From contig JAGWAO010000009.1 in the NCBI GenBank assembly GCA_021296315.1, positions 1,976 through 43,892 of the forward strand: a DNA stretch of 41,917 nt, read 5' to 3'. Under the pieces are notes generated by a model. The model was not told where the DNA came from and ran no database searches. It worked only from the letters and a program-made list of their open reading frames with translations. The position numbers and the translations under genes were made by a program. The stretch is from Acidimicrobiia bacterium (lineage in GTDB: Bacteria; Actinomycetota; Acidimicrobiia; Acidimicrobiales; Aldehydirespiratoraceae). Positions 26,800-36,353 of this stretch are shown here, one piece after another. Position 1 is the first letter of the stretch; the number at the start of each line of letters is the position of its first letter.

Positions 26800-28332
26800 T
26801 CACCGCGATGCCTCCGCGGGAGTGTGGCCACCCATGAGCAAGCCGAGGTACTCACGGTCGGCATCGGCTGCGTCGAATACGCCCATGATCCGTCCCTCGT
26901 ACATGACCGCGATGCGATCGCTCATCAACAGCACTTCGTCAAGGTCGTCCGAGATCAGCAGCACCGCGCATCCTCCGTCGCGCTTGTCGAGGACGGTAGC
27001 CCTTACCTCTTGGGCCGCGTTCACATCGAGCCCTCGGGTGGGGTGGGCCGCCACCAGCAGCCGATCCGCGGCCAGAGCCTCTCGCCGGGCCACCAAGCGC
27101 TGCTGGTTGCCGCCCGAGAGCTGCCCTGCCGTGGCGAACACCGAGCGGGTCTGCACGCGGGCCGCCTCCACCAGCCGCTTGGCGAAGTCGATCACTTCCT
27201 GGCGGTCGAGGGTCAGACCCTGGGAAAAGGCCTCGGTCCAGTAGTTGTGCAACACCGCATTGTTCTTCAGCGGCGCCGAGAGGACCATGCCCATCCCGAT
27301 CCGGTCCTCGGGGATGTGACCCACGCCCAAATCGGTAACTGCCCTCACCGACATCGATGCGACATCGGCTCCGTCGACCGCTATCGAGCCGGATTGCAGG
27401 TCGCGCAATGAGCAGATGACCTCGGCCAGTTCGGTCTGGCCGTTGCCCGACACCCCGGCTATGCCGAGGATCTCCCCGGCTCGCACGGTCAGGTCCACAT
27501 TGTGCAGTGCCGTAATCCCCCGATCATTGAGAGCCGAGACCCCCCTGAGTTCCAACGTGGACTCCCCGGTAACGACTCGATGCTCGACGCTCAGCAACCG
27601 CTCTTCGCCGGTCATCAGCCGGGCAATCTCGCCGGCGGTGGCCCCCTCCGTCGGCCGGGTGATCTCCCTGATCCCCTGACGCAGCACGGTCAGGCGGTCC
27701 GACACGGCCAGCACCTCCCGCAGCTTGTGGGTGATGAAGATCACGCTCAGGCCACTGGCCGCCAGCTCCCGGACCACCGCGAAGAGCTCCTCGGCCTCCT
27801 TGGCAGTCAGCACTGCGGTGGGCTCGTCGAGGATCAGGACCCGGGCGCCGCGGGCCAGCACCCGCAGGATCTCCACCCGCTGCTGCTCCCCCACCGACAG
27901 CTGCCAGATCTTGGCGGTGGGATCGACGTGCATCCCCATCTCGCTCATGAACCGCTCGGTCCGATCGATCAGGGTCCGCTGGCTGACGACACCGGGGGTC
28001 TCGGGCCAGCCCAGGTGGATGTTCTCGGCCACGGTCATCGGCTCGACCAGCCGGAAGTGCTGGTGGACCATGCCGATGCCGGCGTCGATGGCGTGGGCGG
28101 GAGCGCGAAAGTCGCGCTCGACCCCGTCGACAATCACCTGACCCGCGTCGGCGCGGTAGATGCCGGCCAGGATGTTGCACAGAGTGGTCTTGCCCGCCCC
28201 GTTCTCGCCCACCAGGGCGTGGACCTCGGACCACCTCACCTCGAAGTCGACGGCGTCGAGGGCGGCCACGCCCCCGAAGGCCTTGCTGATGGCCCGCGCC
28301 TCTACCGAGGGCTGTGGGCTGTCGCCGGTCAA
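26800..28332 (-). CDS. Nucleoside/sugar ABC transporter ATP-binding protein (tandem NBD)
   Basis: GENGAGKT, LSVGEQQRVEI, LILDEPT, GVSGNGQ, LSGGNQQ, PTRGLD. Confidence 0.95.
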   Translation of the reverse strand: MTGDSPQPSVEARAISKAFGGVAALDAVDFEVRWSEVHALVGENGAGKTTLCNILAGIYRADAGQVIVDGVERDFRAPAHAIDAGIGMVHQHFRLVEPMTVAENIHLGWPETPGVVSQRTLIDRTERFMSEMGMHVDPTAKIWQLSVGEQQRVEILRVLARGARVLILDEPTAVLTAKEAEELFAVVRELAASGLSVIFITHKLREVLAVSDRLTVLRQGIREITRPTEGATAGEIARLMTGEERLLSVEHRVVTGESTLELRGVSALNDRGITALHNVDLTVRAGEILGIAGVSGNGQTELAEVICSLRDLQSGSIAVDGADVASMSVRAVTDLGVGHIPEDRIGMGMVLSAPLKNNAVLHNYWTEAFSQGLTLDRQEVIDFAKRLVEAARVQTRSVFATAGQLSGGNQQRLVARREALAADRLLVAAHPTRGLDVNAAQEVRATVLDKRDGGCAVLLISDDLDEVLLMSDRIAVMYEGRIMGVFDAADADREYLGLLMGGHTPAEASR

Positions 28333-28359
28333 CTCGGGTCTAAAGAGCTGTAAGCGGGA

Positions 28360-29517
28360 TCAGACGGCGGAGACGCCCGAGACGCCCTCAACCGGGTAGG
28401 TGATCGCATAGGCGTCCAGTGAGCTGAGCGTCTCACCCTCGGCCAACCGCAGCGTGCCCTCGTTGTCATACAGCGGGCCCTCGTACACGTTGAGTTCGCC
28501 GCTGTCGATCCTGGCCGCTTCCGCGGCCACCGCGTCCTGCACGTCCTGGGGAACGTTGGGGCCCCATGCGCCCAGCGGGGTGTCGAGCAGCCAGACATCG
28601 TCCTGCGACACCCAGGTGCCGTCCAGCACCCGCTGGCACTGCTCGATGTAGAACGTTCCGAACTCCGAGAGGTCGAAGTTGTTGACGTACTTGGTGGGCG
28701 CAGCCGAACGGAAGTCGAGGTTCCAGTACCCGGTCCACACTCCGGCCTCCTCGGAGAGCTGAAGGAAGGTGGGCTCGTCCATCACTCCGAACAAGAACCC
28801 CACGCCCGTGTCAAGCAGGGCGTTGGCTGCCTGGGCCGCCTTCTGCGGATCGAAGAACGTGCTCACCAGCACGGTCTCCACGGTTGCGTCGGGATTGACC
28901 GACCGGGCGCCGAGCAGCATGCCATTGACGTCGTTGAACGTTGTGGCCGTGGGGAAGGCACCGATGTAGCCGATCCGACCGTTCTCGGCAAGGTGCCCAG
29001 CAGCCACGCCCAGAAGGTACGCGGTGGTCTCGTGGGCCAGGTAGAACGGCAACACGTTGTCGCTGTAGTAGTGCCCGTTGATCTCGCAGAACTTGGTCTC
29101 TGGATTGGCGTCGGCCACGTCGGTGAGCAACTGGGAGTATTCGGTGTTGGAGAAGATGATGTCGTTGCCGTCGTCCACGAGTTGCTGGAAGACCTGAGAG
29201 GTGGACGAGTCGAAGCCGATATCGGGCGTGAAACCGGTCTCCACCCGGTCGCCGAAGTGAGCCACAACGGCCTTGCGACCCCGGTCATGCTCCTGGCTCC
29301 AGCCGTTGTCATCGGGCGGACCGATGTACACCCAGTTGGCCTTGATCTTGTCCTTGGCGCCCGAGCTCACGTCCTCGTCGTCATCGCCGCAGGCGGCAAG
29401 CAACGAACCACCGACGGCCAAGCCGCCGATGCCGAGAGCCCCCATCTTGAGGGCCTCGCGGCGGGAGACCATGGCGCTGGGTGGCAAGAAAAGCCCGCGA
29501 TTCTTCTGGGTGGTCAT
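28360..29517 (-). CDS. BMP-family nucleoside/purine-binding lipoprotein (Tat-type signal)
   Basis: SRREALK, lipobox LLAA-C, YIGP.DDNGWSQEHDRGR, YLLGVAAG, IGYIGAFP, LGARSVNPDA. Confidence 0.9.
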   Translation of the reverse strand: MTTQKNRGLFLPPSAMVSRREALKMGALGIGGLAVGGSLLAACGDDDEDVSSGAKDKIKANWVYIGPPDDNGWSQEHDRGRKAVVAHFGDRVETGFTPDIGFDSSTSQVFQQLVDDGNDIIFSNTEYSQLLTDVADANPETKFCEINGHYYSDNVLPFYLAHETTAYLLGVAAGHLAENGRIGYIGAFPTATTFNDVNGMLLGARSVNPDATVETVLVSTFFDPQKAAQAANALLDTGVGFLFGVMDEPTFLQLSEEAGVWTGYWNLDFRSAAPTKYVNNFDLSEFGTFYIEQCQRVLDGTWVSQDDVWLLDTPLGAWGPNVPQDVQDAVAAEAARIDSGELNVYEGPLYDNEGTLRLAEGETLSSLDAYAITYPVEGVSGVSAV

Positions 29518-29582
29518 GTCAGGTGCCTTTCCTATTGGCCGCTGTTGTCGTGAGCGGTTGTCCGATGTCTGAGGATGCGATC

Positions 29583-30588
29583 TCAGTCAAGTTGTGCGAC
29601 GAGGGTGTCAAATTCGAGGGCCCACTGGCGGCGCATCGTGCGCTTCTCGGGCTCGCCGAGCCAGGAGCCGTCGATGCCGTTGAGCATGCACTGGCGGAAG
29701 TCCTCCACCTCGAAGCCCATGTGGTTGTGGGCCATGATGTAGTCCGGTGGGGTCGGTCTTGAACATGGGCGGATCGTCGCAGTCCAAGCTGATCTTGATG
29801 CCGAACTCGCGCATCTGGCCGATCGGGTGATTGTCGAAGTCGTCGTTGAAGTACACCCACGCGGTCGACACCGGCGTGCAGGTGAAGACCACGCCCTCGT
29901 CGCGGCAGCGGCGCATGATGGCCTCGCTCTCGACCACGTGGTAGCCGTGGTCGACCCGCTCGCAGTTGAGCAGGTCGAGGCAGGTCTCGATGTTGCGGGG
30001 CGGGGCGTCCTTCAGGTGCAGGCCGGCCCGCTCGGCCATGCGGTAGGCCTTCCAGAACCGCTCGGGCGGGTACTCGGCCTCGGCGTAGTCCATCCCTATG
30101 CCGATCACCTCTTCGCGGGGATGGTCGATGAGCGTCTCCACCATCTCCACCGCCAGTTCCGGCGACTCCATGCGGTTGGCGGCCGCGATCAGGCGGCACT
30201 CGATTCCGTGGTCGGTGCGGGCCGCGTTGATCCCGTCGATCAGCCCGTCAACGCAGGTCTCGTAGTCGACTCCGGCGGCCATGTGGGTCGTGGGGTTGAA
30301 GAACATCTCCCGGTAGCGCACGTTGTGCTCGGCTGCCTCGGTGAGGGTCTCGTAGCAGATGCGCTCGAAGTCCTCCCGGTCGATAATCCCCAGCGCGGTG
30401 TTGTCGTACATGTGGAGGAACTTGTAGATGTCGGGGTAGTCGTAGAGATCCTCGGGCTCCTCGTAGTCCGGCAGGGGAACGTTGTGCTTGTTGCACAGCT
30501 CCACCGCGGTGCGGGCCTGAACCGACCCCATGAGGTGCAGGTGAAGGCTCACCTTCGGTATCGCCTTCAGGAAGGAATCCATGTCCAT
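29583..30588 (-). pseudogene. Third ADA-family deaminase, disrupted (in-frame loss of HxxE plus frameshift)
   Basis: PKVSLHLHLMGS, EMFFNPTTH; GLHL-KDAPP lacks the HxxE segment near 30010. After DDPPMFKTDPT, homology continues in another frame (DYIMAHNHMGFEVEDFRQCMLNGIDGSWL...LD*, stop at 29583). Confidence 0.8.
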
Positions 30589-30604
30589 TAGCGCGTCAAC
30601 TCCC

Positions 30605-32029
30605 GTGCCTAGCTCCGCTTCGCGGACACTACCACTAGCCCACTCATCGCTCGCCAATCGCCCGGAGGCGGATCTGTGCGTGCGGAACGCGGACCTAGTG
30701 GTGACCATGGACGCCGATCGCCGGGAGATTCGGGGTGGTTGGGTGGCTGTTTCCGGCGGATTCGTGACCGCGGTGGGCGAGCCCGCGAGCGAGCCGGCAG
30801 CCGAGCGCACGATCGACGCCCGCGGCTGCCTGGTGACGCCCGGGCTGATCAACACCCACCATCACATCTTCCAGAACCTGACCAGGGCCTTCGCTCCGGC
30901 TCTGGCCGGGGATCTGTTCCACTGGCTGCGCACGCTCTACCCGGTGTGGAGCCGCCTCGATAGCGAGGCCGCCCATGTGTCGGCCTGGATCGGGCTGGCC
31001 GAGTTGGCCCTGGGAGGCTGCACAACCAGCACCGACCATCTGTACCTGCATCCCCGAGGCGGCGGCGACCTGATCTCGGCGGAGATCGAGGCGGCCCGCG
31101 AACTCGGATTCCGGTTCCATCCCACCCGGGGGTCGATGAGCCTGTCGGAGAAGGACGGCGGCCTGCCTCCCGACTCGGTGGTCCAGGACGATGACGAGAT
31201 CCTGGCCGACTGCGAGCGGCTGGTGGGTCTCCACCACGATCCGGCCCCGGGCGCCATGGTGCGCATCGCCCTGTCACCGTGCTCGCACTTCTCGGTCACG
31301 CCCGATCTCATGACTCGCACTGCGGAGCTGGCCGAACGCCTGGACGTGCGGCTGCACACCCACCTTGCCGAGAACGCCGACGACAGCGCCTTGTGCGAGT
31401 CCACCCACGGTTGCCGCCCGGTCGAGTTCCTCGAGAGCGTCGGCTGGGGCTCGGATCGTGCTTGGGTGGCCCATTGCGTGGTTCCGGACGCGGCTGAGAT
31501 CGACCGCCTGGCCGAGTGGGGCACCGGGGTGTCTCACTGTCCCAGCTGCAGCCAGCTGATCGGCCTCGGCGTGGCCCCGATCCGTGAGATGCGAGACGCG
31601 GGCGTGCCGGTGGGCATCGGCTGCGACGGCTCGGCCTCCACCGACTGCGCGTCGCTGTGGCTGGAGACCCGGGGCGCCCTGCTGCTGGCCCGATTGCGGG
31701 GCGGCCCCGAGGCCATGGATGCACGCGAGGCGCTGGAGATGGCGACGTTGGGCGGGGCCGCCTGCCTGGGCCGCGACGACATCGGCGCGCTGGAGCCGGG
31801 GCGGGCCGGCGACCTGGTGGTCTGGCCCCTCGAGGGGGTCAGCTTCGCCGGGGCGCTGTCTGATCCGGTCGAGGCCCTGCTGCGCTGCGGTCCGGTCGCT
31901 CCCCGCCACACGGTCGTTGCCGGCAGATCGCTAGTCGAAGACGGCCAGTTGACCGCAACCGGGGTCGACGAGATGCTGGTCCGTCACCGCCGCATCGCCG
32001 GCGAGTGGCTCGAGGCCGCCGTCGGCTAG
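30605..32029 (+). CDS. 8-oxoguanine deaminase-like amidohydrolase (COG0402)
   Basis: VTMDADRREI, PGLINTHHHIFQNLTRA, GCTTSTDHLY, RGSMSLSEKDGGLPPDSVVQ, PCSHFS, HTHLAE, HCPS, DGSAS. Start uncertain: ATG 30581 overlaps the divergent gene, so GTG 30605 is used. Confidence 0.88.
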   Translation: MPSSASRTLPLAHSSLANRPEADLCVRNADLVVTMDADRREIRGGWVAVSGGFVTAVGEPASEPAAERTIDARGCLVTPGLINTHHHIFQNLTRAFAPALAGDLFHWLRTLYPVWSRLDSEAAHVSAWIGLAELALGGCTTSTDHLYLHPRGGGDLISAEIEAARELGFRFHPTRGSMSLSEKDGGLPPDSVVQDDDEILADCERLVGLHHDPAPGAMVRIALSPCSHFSVTPDLMTRTAELAERLDVRLHTHLAENADDSALCESTHGCRPVEFLESVGWGSDRAWVAHCVVPDAAEIDRLAEWGTGVSHCPSCSQLIGLGVAPIREMRDAGVPVGIGCDGSASTDCASLWLETRGALLLARLRGGPEAMDAREALEMATLGGAACLGRDDIGALEPGRAGDLVVWPLEGVSFAGALSDPVEALLRCGPVAPRHTVVAGRSLVEDGQLTATGVDEMLVRHRRIAGEWLEAAVG

Positions 32030-32036
32030 GCACCCA

Positions 32037-32087
32037 CGGAATTGGCAGCGTTCTGCACGCATGGCGTGCACTTCCCTGCCAATTCCG
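32037..32087. terminator. Long hairpin between convergent deaminase genes (probable bidirectional terminator)
   Basis: cggaattggcag...tgcacgc-atg-gcgtgca...ctgccaattccg. Confidence 0.7.
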
Positions 32088-32103
32088 GAATGCCTGGACC
32101 AGC

Positions 32104-33474
32104 TCACCAGAGAGGCGTGGCCGGGTTGCCCTTGAGGGCCTCGCGCCGCTGGAACAGCTCCTCGGCCGCGGCCTGCGCCTCCGCGGCCACGGCTCCCACA
32201 TCTACGGAGACCACCTCGCCGCCCTGCACCAGGCGGCGGCCCCGTACCCACACGTCGCTCACGTCGTGGGCGTGGGCGGTGAACACCAGATGAGCCGGGG
32301 CGTTGAAGTGCTGTCCGTGCATCACCGGCACGAAGTGAAGGCCCCCGATGTCGACCATGGCGATGTCGGCGTCCTTGCCGACCTCGAGGGTGCCGGTGAC
32401 GTCATCGAGGCCGAGAGCGACCGCACCCGAGCGGGTGGCCATGTCGAGCACGTCCCAGGGATCGGCCGCGACCGGATCGAGCGTGCTGACCTTAGCCAGC
32501 AGCGAGGCGAACTTCATCTCGCCCAGCATGTCGAGGTTGTTGTTCTCCTTCTCGCCGTCGGTTCCCAGCCCGACGGTCATCCCCGAGGCCCGGTAATGGT
32601 CGATCCGGGCCGGACCGGAGGCGATCTTCATGTTGGAACAGGGACAGTGGGTCGCGGCGGTGCCGGTGCGGGCCATCAGCTCAACCTCGCGGTCGTCGAG
32701 CCACACGCAGTGGGCCACGACGGTGCGCTCGCCGAGGATGCCCCGGTTGTAGAACTCCTCGATCGGACGCCGCCCGAACTGGTGCAGGCTCTCCTGCACC
32801 TCCCACACCGTCTCGGATGAGTGGGTGTGGATGCCGGTGTCGAACTCCTCGGCCAGTGCTGCCGCGTCCCTGAACATCTCGGGCGAGCAGTAGAACATGT
32901 GCTCCAACCCCACCCAGGACCGGACCCGGCCCTCCGCGGCGGTGCGGTGGGTCTCCAGCAGGCGCCGGTTCGACTCGAGGGTCTCGAAGTAGTCGTAGCG
33001 GTCGGCGGTGTAGGGAGCCAGCGTGGCCCGGATGCCGATCTCCTCCGCGGCTTCGGCCGACCCTTCCATGAAGCGCCACATGTCGAGCACGGAGGTGGTG
33101 CCGCCGCTCAGGCACTCGGTGTAGGCCATGTAGGAAGCCGCCTTGGCGATCTCGGGGGTCAGCGCCCGGTGGGCCGGGTCGACGTAGTTCTCCAGCCAGT
33201 CGAACAGGGCCAGCCCCTCGGCCGTGCCCCGCAGCAGCCCGGAGTGCAGGTGGGCGTTGTGCATGCCGGGGATCACCACATGGTTGGCCGCGTCGGCCAC
33301 CGGCGCACTCGCGGCGGCGGGATGGGCCGCCACTTCATCGGGCGGCCCGACCGCGGCGATCGTGCCGTCCACCACGAGCACCGAGCCCGGGTCGTGGCTC
33401 ACCCGGCGGCCTTCCAGCGGCAAGACGGTGCCGCCGGAGATGAGGAATGTGGTGCCGTTCGAAGTTCCGCCCAC
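32104..33474 (-). CDS. MtaD/SsnA-like amidohydrolase (MTA/SAH or purine deaminase family)
   Basis: PGMHNAHLHS, GTTSVLDM, IHTHSSE, AHCVW, HCPCSNMK, LGTDG, EVGKDAD. Confidence 0.9.
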   Translation of the reverse strand: MGGTSNGTTFLISGGTVLPLEGRRVSHDPGSVLVVDGTIAAVGPPDEVAAHPAAASAPVADAANHVVIPGMHNAHLHSGLLRGTAEGLALFDWLENYVDPAHRALTPEIAKAASYMAYTECLSGGTTSVLDMWRFMEGSAEAAEEIGIRATLAPYTADRYDYFETLESNRRLLETHRTAAEGRVRSWVGLEHMFYCSPEMFRDAAALAEEFDTGIHTHSSETVWEVQESLHQFGRRPIEEFYNRGILGERTVVAHCVWLDDREVELMARTGTAATHCPCSNMKIASGPARIDHYRASGMTVGLGTDGEKENNNLDMLGEMKFASLLAKVSTLDPVAADPWDVLDMATRSGAVALGLDDVTGTLEVGKDADIAMVDIGGLHFVPVMHGQHFNAPAHLVFTAHAHDVSDVWVRGRRLVQGGEVVSVDVGAVAAEAQAAAEELFQRREALKGNPATPLW

Positions 33475-33566
33475 TGTGCCGCCTTCCGCTTGATGGTGCC
33501 GACGCGCTCAGCTTGCTACGCCGCGCCCGGCCAAGCCCCAGTCAGGGGACGAACTGCGACCGATGC

Positions 33567-33992
33567 TCAGTGGGAGGCGACCACCACATTGTCGAGCAAC
33601 TCGCTGTCGCCGGTGCGGACGTACCACTCCCAACGGGATCCGTCGGGATCGGTGAGCCAGGTCTCGGTCTTGGTGGCGTAGCAGCACAGGGTGTCGTCGA
33701 CCCCGGTGGTCTCGAGGCCCGCCCGGGTGAGGCGCTGCTCGGCTTCAACCACCTGCTCGGCGGTCTCGGTCTCCACGCCGAGATGGTTGATGATTCCGCC
33801 CGTCCCGCAGCATCCGGCGGGGTCGGAGGCTCCGTCCGCGGCCTCGAAGAGCACCAGCTTCAGGGGCGGCTCGTCAATGGCGAAGTTGGCGTAGCCGGGC
33901 CGGCGACGGGCCGGCTCTGTTCCGAACATCCGGGTGTAGAAGTCCACCGCGGAGTCCAGGTCAGCCACGTTCAGCGCGAGTTGCAGTCTCAC
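33567..33992 (-). CDS. ArsI/CadI family VOC metalloenzyme
   Basis: QLALNV, PGYANFAIDEPPLKLVLFE, NHLGVE, CCYA, W.TDPDG.RWEWY. Confidence 0.9.
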   Translation of the reverse strand: MRLQLALNVADLDSAVDFYTRMFGTEPARRRPGYANFAIDEPPLKLVLFEAADGASDPAGCCGTGGIINHLGVETETAEQVVEAEQRLTRAGLETTGVDDTLCCYATKTETWLTDPDGSRWEWYVRTGDSELLDNVVVASH

Positions 33993-34149
33993 TGTCTCTC
34001 CTTCGTCTCAATCGGGTGTCCCAGTCGCGTGTCGGTCCAAGTCTCAGTCGTCGGACGACGCATGCCCCAACCCGGGCCGGGCTGACAATATTCCCTTCCG
34101 GACCCGGAGGCCCCTCGCTGGTCGGCGCCCCGGTTAGCGTCTTGTTGTC

Positions 34150-35181
34150 GTGCGGACCCGATACTCCGAGGATCAGCAGGCCGTCGCTGAGGCCTTCGGT
34201 GACCTGTTCGCCCGCGAGGCGACTCCCGAAGCGGTGCGGGCCGCGGAGGCGGGCTGCGGTTTCGATCCCGACCTGTGGCGCAAGCTCGTCGCCGCGGGCG
34301 CTCCGGGGATGGCGGTCGGCGTCGCCGACGGGGGTGGCGGGGCCTCTCTCGTCGATCTGGCCGTGGTGGTGCACGAATGGGGTCGCCGGATCGCACCGGT
34401 CCCGCTGGTGGAGCACGCGGTTTGTGCCCGACTGCTGGCGGCAGCCGGCGTGGGCTCACGGCGGCATCTGGTCGCCTCGGTGGCCTCCGGTGAACTTATT
34501 GCCACCCTTGCTCCCGGGCCGGTCGACGCCGACGGCACGGTCCGGCTCGTCCCCGCCGGCGCGGTGGCCGACATCGTGGCCGCCAGGCGCGGCGACGACA
34601 TCGTGGTCTCCCGCGGTCAGCCCCCCGGTACGGCCCGACCCAACACCGCCGACCTGCCCCTCGCTGACCGGGACCTCTCCGACGCCGAGACCGTCGCGTC
34701 AGGGGCGGCCGCCGCAAGTGCCTGGGACCGCGCCCTTGCCGAGTGGAAGGCGCTCATGGCGGTGGCCTATGCCGGCCTGGCCGGCGAGGTGCTGGCCATG
34801 GGGGTGGCCTACACCAAGCAGCGACACCAGTTCGGCGTGCCGGTCGGGTCCTTCCAGGCCGTGCAGCACGGCCTGGCCGACGCTGCCACCCGCGCCGAGG
34901 GCGCCCGCCTGCTGGCCTTCCGGGCGGTCTGCGCGGTCGACGCCGACACCGCCGGCGGAGCCAGGCTCGCGTCGATGGCACTGCTGTTCGGTGCGGAATC
35001 GGCCCGGTTCGCGTCCGATCGGGCGCTGCAGTACCACGGCGGCTACGGCTATAGCGCCGAGTACGACGTGCAACTGTACTACCGCCGGGCCGCGGCCTGG
35101 CTGCTGCAGCTCGGCGAGCCCGCAACCGAGATCGCCCAGCTCGCCGAGACCGATCTAGGCGCCAAGGCTCGGACGGCCTGA
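34150..35181 (+). CDS. Acyl-CoA dehydrogenase, short (beta-type) subunit
   Basis: YSEDQQA, RHQFGVPVGSFQAVQHGLAD, QYHGGYGY..EYDVQLYYRRA; TGATG overlap with the next gene. Confidence 0.9.
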   Translation: MRTRYSEDQQAVAEAFGDLFAREATPEAVRAAEAGCGFDPDLWRKLVAAGAPGMAVGVADGGGGASLVDLAVVVHEWGRRIAPVPLVEHAVCARLLAAAGVGSRRHLVASVASGELIATLAPGPVDADGTVRLVPAGAVADIVAARRGDDIVVSRGQPPGTARPNTADLPLADRDLSDAETVASGAAAASAWDRALAEWKALMAVAYAGLAGEVLAMGVAYTKQRHQFGVPVGSFQAVQHGLADAATRAEGARLLAFRAVCAVDADTAGGARLASMALLFGAESARFASDRALQYHGGYGYSAEYDVQLYYRRAAAWLLQLGEPATEIAQLAETDLGAKARTA

Positions 35182-36347
35182 TGGACTTTGCGCTGCCGAC
35201 GCAGGCCGAGGAGTTCAGGACCGAGGTCCAGCAGTTCCTGACCGAGCACCTCACCGCCGAAATGATCGCGGCGACCAGGGACGGCACGATCCACTCCCCC
35301 GCGCTGCACCGGGCCATAGCCGACCGGGGCTGGCTGTCGGGGGCCGTTCCCGCCGAACTCGGCGGCGGCGGGATGGACCCGGTGGAGTTGTGCGTGTTGC
35401 TGGAGGAACTCCAACTACATCAGGCACCCGCCGACGCTCTCGGTGTGGCCGTGGTCACGGTGTCGATGATTCTCGAGCACGGCAACGACTTCCTGCGGTC
35501 CGAAGCAGTCCCCCGCCTACTGTCGGGCGAGGCGCTCGGCTGCTTCGGCTACAGCGAGCCGGAGTCCGGCTCCGACGTCGCCGCGGCACGCACCCGGGCC
35601 GTGCGCGACGGTGACGGATGGGTCATCAACGGATCGAAGATGTGGACCACCCTGGCCCACATCGCCGACTACGTGCTGCTGCTGACGCGCACCGACCCCG
35701 AAGTCCCCAAGCATCGCGGTCTCACCTTCTTCGTGGTGCCGCTGGACACGCCGGGCATCGAGATCCAGGCCGTCTCCACGATGGGCAACGAGAGGTCCAA
35801 CGCCACCTTCTACGACGACGTGGTGCTGGGCGACGAGTGGCGGCTCGGCGACGTGAACGACGGCTGGACGGTGATGAAGACCGCCCTCAAGTACGAGCGC
35901 GGCATCGCCGGCGGCCAGTTCCCGTCGCCTCCGGTGATCGAAGCCGCGGTCGACTGGGCCCGCCGCGCCCGCCGGGCGGACGGCACCCGCCCGCTTGACG
36001 ACGACGAGGTGCGCCACAAGCTGGTGCGGGCCATGATCGACGTGGAGGTCTGCCGCAGCTTCGCCTACCACACCGCTGCGCTGGCTTCTGAGGGCGCCAT
36101 GTTCGGGGTGGAGGGGTCGATGACCAAGCTGTTCGCCTCGGAGTCCTACAAGAAGCACTGCGCCTGGTTCCTCGACCTGATGGGCGCCGACGGGCTGCTC
36201 ACCCACGACGATCCCGGCTCCCACATGGACGGCCGCGTCGAGGAGCACTTCCGCCACGCCCCGGTGACCGCCATCTACGGCGGCACCAGCGAGATCAACC
36301 GCAACCTGGTGGCCGAGGGCTGGTTGGGCCTGCCCCGGTCGCGCTGA
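35181..36347 (+). CDS. Acyl-CoA dehydrogenase (alpha-type subunit)
   Basis: GYSEPESGSDVA, NGSKMWTT, NATFYDDV, IYGGTSEINRN. Confidence 0.93.
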   Translation: MDFALPTQAEEFRTEVQQFLTEHLTAEMIAATRDGTIHSPALHRAIADRGWLSGAVPAELGGGGMDPVELCVLLEELQLHQAPADALGVAVVTVSMILEHGNDFLRSEAVPRLLSGEALGCFGYSEPESGSDVAAARTRAVRDGDGWVINGSKMWTTLAHIADYVLLLTRTDPEVPKHRGLTFFVVPLDTPGIEIQAVSTMGNERSNATFYDDVVLGDEWRLGDVNDGWTVMKTALKYERGIAGGQFPSPPVIEAAVDWARRARRADGTRPLDDDEVRHKLVRAMIDVEVCRSFAYHTAALASEGAMFGVEGSMTKLFASESYKKHCAWFLDLMGADGLLTHDDPGSHMDGRVEEHFRHAPVTAIYGGTSEINRNLVAEGWLGLPRSR

Positions 36348-36353
36348 TCCGAC

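Noticed and set aside
29518-29582. Purine riboswitch upstream of the BMP transporter
   Set aside because: Only a small ccgct/agcgg hairpin in 65 nt; no purine-riboswitch consensus.
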